Shown: positions 57,292 to 64,000 of the stretch, one piece after another
Position numbering within the stretch: position 1 is the first letter of the stretch
Layout: each line of letters opens with the position of its first letter
Made by a program: the position numbers and the translations under genes
From: Candidatus Azotimanducaceae bacterium
Lineage (GTDB): Bacteria > Pseudomonadota > Gammaproteobacteria > Pseudomonadales > Azotimanducaceae
DNA length: 64,000 nt
Direction: 5' to 3'
Assembly (NCBI GenBank): GCA_965657335.1
Contig: CBFHOH010000015.1
Location: 6,436 to 70,435, forward strand
The notes under the pieces: generated by a model
The model's database searches: none
Told to the model about the DNA's origin: nothing
What the model saw: the letters and a program-made list of their open reading frames with translations, nothing else

Positions 57292-59427
57292 GTGTCTGAT
57301 CTGACGATTGCGCTTGTCGGTAACCCTAATTGCGGTAAGACGACGTTGTTCAATGCGCTTACTGGTGCGCATCAGAAAGTCGGCAACTGGCCGGGTGTTA
57401 CTGTTGAAAAAAAGACAGGGCGACTCTCCCTTGATGGTGAAACAGTAGAACTGGTTGACCTGCCCGGCATTTACTCTCTTGAGCAGGAATACCTTGGGTT
57501 GGATGAGTTGGTCGCGCGGGAGTTTTTGCAAAGCGACGCAGTTGATGTGGTGGTCAACATCATTGACGCAACCAACCTCGAACGAAATTTGGTTCTGACG
57601 CAACAAGTGCTGGAGCAATCCAGTAAGGTTGTTGTTGTTTTAAATATGACCGATGTCGCGAAGCAGCATGGTATTAGCATATCGGCTGAAACACTCTCCG
57701 AACGATTGGGTGTCGAAGTAATTCCCATTGTTGCATCTCGCGGGGATGGACTTGAGACGCTCAAAGGGGTCCTTGCAAATTCTCTCGTGAATGGACCGGC
57801 GGCGCATATTCAATCCGAGGCACCCACTGCTTTCGATGATCAAGATGCGAATGAAAAACTACTTAAGCGATATCATCGGGCGCGCACTCTCGTAGATGGT
57901 GTGGTGCTTATGACGCCAGTCGAGGACAACCTTACCGAGCGGTTGGACAGATGGGTGTTGAACAAATGGTTGGGTATACCATTTTTCCTCATGATGATGT
58001 ATTTGATGTTTACTGTCGCCATTAACATGGGTGCTGTATTCATCGACTTTTTCGATATTTTGTTCGGTGCTGTTTTTGTCGACAGTGTTCGTTGGCTGCT
58101 TGAGCAGGCGTCTCTCCCCGAGTGGTTGATCGTACTGACCGCTGACGGTTTGGGCGGAGGTATTCAGCTGGTGGCAACATTTATTCCGGTGATCGGATTT
58201 TTGTTTTTATGCCTATCGGTGCTTGAGAGCTCTGGATACATGTCCCGGGCCGCTTTTGTGGTGGATCGTCTCATGAGTCAATTGGGATTGCCTGGCAGTG
58301 CATTTGTACCGCTGATTGTTGGATTCGGTTGCAATGTTCCCTCGGTGATGGCGACCCGAACCCTTGGTCGAGAAAGTGACAGGTTATTGACGATAGCGAT
58401 GGCGCCTTTTATGTCCTGCGGCGCTCGGCTTACCGTTTACGCCTTGTTTGCTGCAGCTTTTTTTCCTGACAATGGCCAAAATATCGTTTTCCTCCTCTAT
58501 CTCCTCGGTGTCTCAATGGCAGTGCTGACGGGTTTTATTTTTCGCAAGGAAATTTTTGCGGAGGAAGTGACGCCCTCGTTCCAAGAGATGCCTTCGTATC
58601 ACCTGCCGGTATTAAAAAATATCCTGATCACCACGTGGTTCAGGTTGAAAGCCTTTGTGTTCAGAGCGGGAAAGACGATTGTGTTGGTCGTTGTGGGTTT
58701 GAGTTTTTTGAACTCAATCAGCACAGACGGGAGCTTCGGCAACAATGACACAGAGTCATCTCTACTTTCGGTGGTAGGCAAGAAAATTACCCCCGTTTTT
58801 TTGCCTATTGGGCTAACCGAAGACAATTGGCCGGCAACAGTTGGGCTTTTTACCGGTTTGTTCGCGAAAGAAGCGGTCGTGGGTACGCTTGATGCGCTGT
58901 ATACCAATGACGTCGAGACAGACGCAGATGAAGTACCAGACCTCACGGGTGCAGTTGCTGAGGCCTTTGGGTCAATTAAGGCGAACGGTGCAGACTTGAT
59001 TGGTGGGCTAGGAGATCCGCTCGGACTGTCGATTGGTGACGTTACTGACGCCGCTGCGGTTGCTGAAAACCAGGGTGTTAACCAGTCGACATTAACTAAC
59101 ATGTCAACTTTATTCGTTAGCTCATTTTCGGCATTTTGCTACTTGGTCTTTATACTGTTGTACGCGCCCTGTGTCGCTGTATTAGGGGCGGTAGCCAAGG
59201 AAGCTGGCATGCGCTGGACCTTACTGATTTTTTGTTGGACAACCGGTCTGGCCTATATTACCGCGACCTGTCTCTATCAGCTTGGCACGCTATCAGACCA
59301 CCCGCGTTTCTCAATTCTCTGGCTACTTGGTTCGGCTGTGATCATGTTTGTCACTATCAAAAATTTGAAGCTGATTGGTAAAAAAGCGCTGCCCGACAAT
59401 TTGATACCCGTCGTTGCAACTCAATAG
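57292..59427 (+). CDS. feoB: Ferrous iron transporter FeoB
   Basis: N-terminal G-domain GNPNCGKTTLFNALTG, DLPG and NMTD, followed by a polytopic permease domain. The GTG start directly follows the feoA stop. Confidence 0.95.
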   Translation: MSDLTIALVGNPNCGKTTLFNALTGAHQKVGNWPGVTVEKKTGRLSLDGETVELVDLPGIYSLEQEYLGLDELVAREFLQSDAVDVVVNIIDATNLERNLVLTQQVLEQSSKVVVVLNMTDVAKQHGISISAETLSERLGVEVIPIVASRGDGLETLKGVLANSLVNGPAAHIQSEAPTAFDDQDANEKLLKRYHRARTLVDGVVLMTPVEDNLTERLDRWVLNKWLGIPFFLMMMYLMFTVAINMGAVFIDFFDILFGAVFVDSVRWLLEQASLPEWLIVLTADGLGGGIQLVATFIPVIGFLFLCLSVLESSGYMSRAAFVVDRLMSQLGLPGSAFVPLIVGFGCNVPSVMATRTLGRESDRLLTIAMAPFMSCGARLTVYALFAAAFFPDNGQNIVFLLYLLGVSMAVLTGFIFRKEIFAEEVTPSFQEMPSYHLPVLKNILITTWFRLKAFVFRAGKTIVLVVVGLSFLNSISTDGSFGNNDTESSLLSVVGKKITPVFLPIGLTEDNWPATVGLFTGLFAKEAVVGTLDALYTNDVETDADEVPDLTGAVAEAFGSIKANGADLIGGLGDPLGLSIGDVTDAAAVAENQGVNQSTLTNMSTLFVSSFSAFCYLVFILLYAPCVAVLGAVAKEAGMRWTLLIFCWTTGLAYITATCLYQLGTLSDHPRFSILWLLGSAVIMFVTIKNLKLIGKKALPDNLIPVVATQ

Positions 59428-59807
59428 CGTTGATCCGGTCAGCAGCGTAAATGTCTAGAATTTGTTGTCCGTACCACGTGGTGATTCTCCGCGAGTACAA
59501 GTTTCCAAAACCTGCCTTAATGCGCTATCTTCCGCCCAGTGTTAGTACGCAGGCGAAAAAAACCTGCTAAGTAGCGTCTCCATCTCCCAATAAGCGACTC
59601 GCCTGTAGTTTCGTATAATTTTTGTCCATCATCAGTTACTATTATCGGCCGAAGAATTTAAGGCCGTTCCTTTGCGTTTTTTTCAGGCGCAACCAATGCG
59701 TTTTGACCTTGAAGGTATTTGATCGACCGCAAGTCGACTATTACCGATATTGATACGGCAATCGATTCGAGTGCTTACTCGAGTGTAAGGAGTACAGAGA
59801 GATATGG

Positions 59808-60908
59808 ATGGATATTAGAACCAGACTCGCGTTATCGCTTGTGTCCGTTGCCCTGCTTAGCATGGCGTTGCTCGGTGCATTTGCATATTACACTGCTGAG
59901 GGGTTGCTGCAGGAAATCACTGTGCGTCAGCTTGATGCGTTGGCCGAAGGCAAGAAAAGAGACCTTGAGAAGATTCAGGAAGGTTGGCAAGACCGCGTTG
60001 AATTAATGAAGCAACGCGTCATATCTTCCGCCGGACAAGACGATACTTTGCCAAATGATTTATCCCCCAACCTTGATCGTATTCTCGCCAGTGTCGATAA
60101 CGTTAGCGCTCTGCGTGTACTGGATTCAACGGGGCAGTCAATCGGTAAAGCCGGTGAGTTTCCCGAGGGTTACGTATCTCCAAAGGCAATAAGCACTGAT
60201 CCAGTAAAATATCTGGGCACTTTCTTCAGTGCTCGCACAGGTATACAGGTCATATATTCAGTCGACATGATGCTCGAATCTAGTGGGGCTGTGATGATGG
60301 AAGTCGTTGTTGATGGCACTTCATTGCAATCGGTGACGAATGATTACACGGGTCTCGGTGAGACGGGTGAATCAATGATTTTTAAAGTTGGAACAGATGG
60401 CCATATTCTCGTGCTGAATGAAGTAAGACATGCCGTTGATCAAAAACCGTCTGTACACATTCCTCATGCGGAAGCGCCGGTTTTCATGACTGAAACCCTT
60501 GCGCGAAGATCGGGCGTTTTTATTGAAGGAGCAGAAGATTATCGAGGCGTTGAGGTGTGGGTTGCGTCGAGGTTCGTTGAGAATTTAGCCTGGGGCATTA
60601 TTGTAAAGGTTGATGCCGTAGAAGAAAGACAACGCTCGCTGCAGCTTCGCAGTGACATGATGGATATTGGCATCGCACTCTCTGCATTCGCCATTATTGG
60701 CGGTACGCTTTTGGGGTTGTACTTGGCGCGCCCGATTCACAATCTGGCCGAATTGGTCCAGCGAATCCGCCTCGGAGAAAGCGACTTGCGTGCTGAAGTA
60801 AATGGCGATGACGAAATTGCTTATCTCTCCGAGTCATTGAACGAACTGCTAGAGCATGTGCAGAAAAACGCACCGCTACCGCCCCCTTCATCGGAGCCGC
60901 GCGACTGA
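59808..60908 (+). CDS. Cache-like periplasmic sensor plus HAMP protein with no output domain
   Basis: TM1 LALSLVSVALLSMALLGAFAYY. Cache-like GLGETGESMIF...DYRGVEVWVASRFVENLAWGIIVKVD. TM2 and HAMP (LARPIHNLAELVQRIRLGESDLRAEV...EIAYLSESLNELLEHV). The ORF then ends. Confidence 0.65.
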   Translation: MDIRTRLALSLVSVALLSMALLGAFAYYTAEGLLQEITVRQLDALAEGKKRDLEKIQEGWQDRVELMKQRVISSAGQDDTLPNDLSPNLDRILASVDNVSALRVLDSTGQSIGKAGEFPEGYVSPKAISTDPVKYLGTFFSARTGIQVIYSVDMMLESSGAVMMEVVVDGTSLQSVTNDYTGLGETGESMIFKVGTDGHILVLNEVRHAVDQKPSVHIPHAEAPVFMTETLARRSGVFIEGAEDYRGVEVWVASRFVENLAWGIIVKVDAVEERQRSLQLRSDMMDIGIALSAFAIIGGTLLGLYLARPIHNLAELVQRIRLGESDLRAEVNGDDEIAYLSESLNELLEHVQKNAPLPPPSSEPRD

Positions 60909-60909
60909 C

Positions 60910-61860
60910 ATGATGACGGAGACACTAGATTTTCTGAAGTTATTTGGTGGATTTGTCTACTTGCTAATGGGTGGTGATCTCTTGGTCAGAGGGGCACTTG
61001 GACTGGCGAGAGAGAGCAAAATACCTCCCATGATTGTTGGCCTGACAGTCGTTGCGATGGGTACTTCTGCACCCGAGCTAATGGTTTCGACCATGTCTGC
61101 GTTGTCTGGTTTTCCCGGCATTGCCGTGGGTAATGTCGTGGGTAGTAATGTCGCTAATGTGCTGCTGGTACTCGGGGTTCCCGTCTTAATTCACCCGATT
61201 GTTTGTGATCAGGAAGGTCTCGGAAAACAGGCGAGCTTGCTCGTTGGCGTGTCTGTGCTGTTCCTGCTGATGTGTGCTTTTGGTAGCATCACGTTTACAG
61301 GTGGTGTGCTTTTAGTTTCTCTTCTTGTCTGTTTCCTAATACTGGCAACGCGTGGCACTGCGCTATTGCCTATGGATGATGCAGAGGAAGAGCTTGAACG
61401 TGTGCTCGGTCTACCTAGCTATAAAAGTACGATTAGTCTTTTCATTGTGCTCGGTGCTGTCATGCTGCCCTTGGGCGCTGACTTGGTGGTAGATGGTGCC
61501 GCTGGTCTAGCAGCAGGGTGGGGCGTGTCAGAAGCTGTCATTGGTCTGAGTTTGATTGCGCTGGGAACATCTTTGCCCGAGTTGAGCACGACGGTGATTG
61601 CCGCACTCCACAAAAGCTCCGATGTCGCGATAGGCAACGTCATCGGCAGCAACATGTTTAATATTCTTGCCATTTTGGGTATCACAGCCCTTTTGACGGA
61701 AATTCCCGTCGACCCGATGTTCTTACGTTTTGACCTGTGGGTTATGTTCGCTTGCACGGTGATGTTGTGGATTTTTATATTGACCAAAACAACCATTCGC
61801 AAGCCAGCAGGTGTGCTGTTTCTCGCGGGTTATCTGGGTTACATGTACACGATTTATTGA
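60910..61860 (+). CDS. CaCA-family cation/Ca2+ antiporter (YrbG-like)
   Basis: Two alpha-repeats, AMGTSAPELMVS and ALGTSLPELSTT. The ATG at 60910 lies 2 nt after the upstream stop. Confidence 0.8.
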   Translation: MMTETLDFLKLFGGFVYLLMGGDLLVRGALGLARESKIPPMIVGLTVVAMGTSAPELMVSTMSALSGFPGIAVGNVVGSNVANVLLVLGVPVLIHPIVCDQEGLGKQASLLVGVSVLFLLMCAFGSITFTGGVLLVSLLVCFLILATRGTALLPMDDAEEELERVLGLPSYKSTISLFIVLGAVMLPLGADLVVDGAAGLAAGWGVSEAVIGLSLIALGTSLPELSTTVIAALHKSSDVAIGNVIGSNMFNILAILGITALLTEIPVDPMFLRFDLWVMFACTVMLWIFILTKTTIRKPAGVLFLAGYLGYMYTIY

Positions 61861-61936
61861 TTGTGAGCTGAAACAACGATGGATATTAGGGCTCGCCGTA
61901 GCCTTTTTCCCCATTCAGCGCGTATTGTCAGTTGTT

Positions 61937-61965
61937 GAAAAAGCCCTGAACCTCAGGGCTTTTTT
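61937..61965. terminator. Bidirectional Rho-independent terminator
   Basis: AAAAA-AGCCCTGA-ACC-TCAGGGCT-TTTTT is an 8-bp stem flanked by A and T tracts. It sits between the convergent antiporter and TonB-receptor genes. Confidence 0.75.
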
Positions 61966-62006
61966 GTTGGCTAAATGTCTTGAGTGATATGGGTAATATC
62001 GGCTCG

Positions 62007-63968
62007 TTAAAGCTGAAAGCTGATACCTAAATGGCCAGCCAAGCCGGGCGCACTGTAGCCGAAAACCTCTTCATATTGTTCGTCTAAAGTGTTCTCGAGC
62101 CGCGTAGTTAATTGAACAGCGTCGTTCAAATTGTAACGGTAAGAGAGCGATACGAGTGTGTAACTACCCAAGGTTACAACCTCCTGCGGCGTAGGAAAGG
62201 GTGGAAAGTAGTCGTCGAGTTGGCTGCCGTTGTAGCTAATGTTGAGGTTCAAATTCGACTTGCCAAAAATGTAGTTGGCATTAACCGATCCAGTATTCCC
62301 CGGACGTCTAATCTCGTCTCGTTGAACACCTGGTTGCGTCTCCTCTGTTGCGTCGAGCCAGGTATAGTTTGCCTGCAAATCGAGATTCTCAGATGCCCGC
62401 CACGTGAAAGAGGTTTCAAGCCCCTTACGGTATGACTTGCCCTGTCGGTTATCTGCGGTGAACAAGAATGTGGTTGAGTCAAACACAAAGCCGTTTATCT
62501 CATTCTCCAGCGTCGCGTCAAACCAAGACGCCGAAAGCTGAATGTTGTCTGTCAACTGCGAACGAAGGCCCAGTTCCCAACTCAAGGACTGTTCAGGCTT
62601 CAGGTTAGGGTTTCCCTGAAAGTTGGTAAAAAAGCCAAAGCGCTCACTGAAGGTCGGGTTGGTGTTGGCCTCGCCTATCGAGCCAAATAATGTCGCCGTA
62701 TCGTTGGCGTGCCAGGCTGTAGTGATTCGCCAGCTGACCGCATCGTCAAAATCACTGTTGTTATCGAGCCGTGAGCTGGCAGAAAAATCGACCTTATCGC
62801 CGTTGTACCGGTATTCAGAGGCAAAGCTCGTTGTGTCGGTACTTTCGTCGCGATTCGGGTCACCGAATACTACAGCGCCTCGCTGGGTGAAGTCCTCTTC
62901 TTCAAATTCCGCAATGAGAGAAAATGTATGCTCGGACGAGAAGAAGTCGGTCTGTGCTCTGAACCCCGTTCTCACGCCGCTGGTAAGATCGTTGACCGGG
63001 CTGGATGTTTGATTCTCATTGTCTGTTTCTACACGAGAGGCGATAAATTTTTGAGAAATTTTACCGTCGAGTAGCGTTAACTTGAGGTTTGCTCCGAGGT
63101 AACTTTGCTCACTGTCGGTTTTTGAATCGGCATCGATCGGCAGACCGGTAATGACAAAATCGGTGGCATCAAACTCTGTTTCTGAAGTCGTCTGTCGATA
63201 ATTTATGCCGGCTGAAATCGAATCACTGAAAAAAGTAGAGCCTGAAAGATGAAAGGTTGTGTTCTTATAACCATCGGATTCGTTTCCCTGTCTTGAAATA
63301 TTTGTACCGTCTGTTTCCGTACCATGAAGTCCCAGTTTAATCAGGCTGCTGCCGCTGGCGTTTTCGAGGTTTAAACCCCAGCGATTGGTGCCGTACGATC
63401 CAAGTTCCAACTGTCCCTCGATATTGCGATTGTCCTGTTGGCTTCGGTCCGGGCGTTCGCTGCTTGTGATGATGTTAACCACGCCCGACATTGCGTGGGC
63501 GCCCCAGAGTGCGCTTTGTGGGCCCCGAATGATTTCGATTTGTTCAACGCCTTGAGTGGTCATGTGCGCAAAATTAAATTGCCCCCCCTGCGACAGGTCG
63601 TTCGCGTTTATACCGTCAATAAGAACCATGACGTGGTTCGCTTCTGCACCACGCACACGTAGCTGAGTAAGAGCACCTCTTGAACCTTGTTGGTTGACGG
63701 CGAAGCCGGGCACATTGCGCAAAAGTTCTGAAAGACTCGCGGCGTTCCTTCGATCGATTTCCTCTTTTGTAATGAGCGTAATAGCGCTAGCTGTATCTCG
63801 AATAGAGACAGGCGTGTGGGAGGCTGTAACTGTGACAGACTCAAGGCTGTCCACGAAGTAGTCTGTGTCTGTAGTTAAAGAAGTTTGTGCCCCGTAGCTT
63901 GAGGCGATCATGCCATGTAACGAAAGGTAAAAAATTGTTGGTGTGGTAATTCTTATTGGTAGTTTCAT
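62007..63968 (-). CDS. TonB-dependent outer-membrane receptor (BtuB-like)
   Basis: Signal peptide. Plug-domain motifs ESVTVTAS (TonB-box-like), LRVRGAEANHVMVLIDGI, IEIIRGPQSALWG and GVVNIIT. Beta-barrel length protein. I chose the Met at 63968. Confidence 0.9.
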   Translation of the reverse strand: MKLPIRITTPTIFYLSLHGMIASSYGAQTSLTTDTDYFVDSLESVTVTASHTPVSIRDTASAITLITKEEIDRRNAASLSELLRNVPGFAVNQQGSRGALTQLRVRGAEANHVMVLIDGINANDLSQGGQFNFAHMTTQGVEQIEIIRGPQSALWGAHAMSGVVNIITSSERPDRSQQDNRNIEGQLELGSYGTNRWGLNLENASGSSLIKLGLHGTETDGTNISRQGNESDGYKNTTFHLSGSTFFSDSISAGINYRQTTSETEFDATDFVITGLPIDADSKTDSEQSYLGANLKLTLLDGKISQKFIASRVETDNENQTSSPVNDLTSGVRTGFRAQTDFFSSEHTFSLIAEFEEEDFTQRGAVVFGDPNRDESTDTTSFASEYRYNGDKVDFSASSRLDNNSDFDDAVSWRITTAWHANDTATLFGSIGEANTNPTFSERFGFFTNFQGNPNLKPEQSLSWELGLRSQLTDNIQLSASWFDATLENEINGFVFDSTTFLFTADNRQGKSYRKGLETSFTWRASENLDLQANYTWLDATEETQPGVQRDEIRRPGNTGSVNANYIFGKSNLNLNISYNGSQLDDYFPPFPTPQEVVTLGSYTLVSLSYRYNLNDAVQLTTRLENTLDEQYEEVFGYSAPGLAGHLGISFQL

Positions 63969-64000
63969 TTTTTCTCCGCACTCCACCCGAGTGTTATTAT

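Noticed and set aside
57019-57618. 199-aa minus-strand ORF overlapping feoA and the start of feoB
   Set aside because: It lies antisense to two genes with unmistakable motifs (FeoA SH3-like fold, FeoB G-domain) and has no motif or start context of its own. It is a typical shadow ORF. The same reasoning applies to the other antisense ORFs in the track, such as 2977-3330, 34811-35281, 22586-23023, 58599-59102 and 62623-63012.
63969-64000. Cobalamin riboswitch upstream of the BtuB-like receptor
   Set aside because: Only about 30 nt of upstream sequence lies inside the window, so this cannot be assessed.

Overview
The window is densely coding (about 60 genes) and looks like the chromosome of a Gram-negative, probably marine gammaproteobacterium. 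I recognised no rRNA, tRNA, CRISPR array, transposase or integrase. The first ~19 kb is an exosortase A (XrtA)/PEP-CTERM exopolysaccharide locus. On the minus strand it carries an xrtA 5' fragment, a FemAB/CelD-like acyltransferase, an EpsG-like P-loop protein, a Wzz-like chain-length determinant, a Wza-like exporter and prsK. On the plus strand it carries a PAPS-synthesis module (cysD, cysNC, DUF2061) and then prsT. Next comes an uncharacterised stretch: two convergent paralogous genes, an ~0.8 kb ORF-free gap and a 542-aa orphan. This stretch ends at a near-consensus sigma-54 promoter driving a PEP-CTERM cargo gene. It is my best candidate for undescribed biology, together with a ~190-aa N-terminal extension on CysD and a P-loop protein with degenerate Walker motifs. 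The remaining ~45 kb is mostly housekeeping and accessory metabolism: SDRs, CoA-transferase, hotdog, crotonase and ACAD genes, a pterin/YhhQ operon, deaD, slyD, msrB, nhaC, a Fur-box feoAB, a Cache-HAMP protein next to a CaCA antiporter, and a BtuB-like TonB receptor. All functional calls rest on motifs I recognised by eye in the supplied translations. No database search was run.
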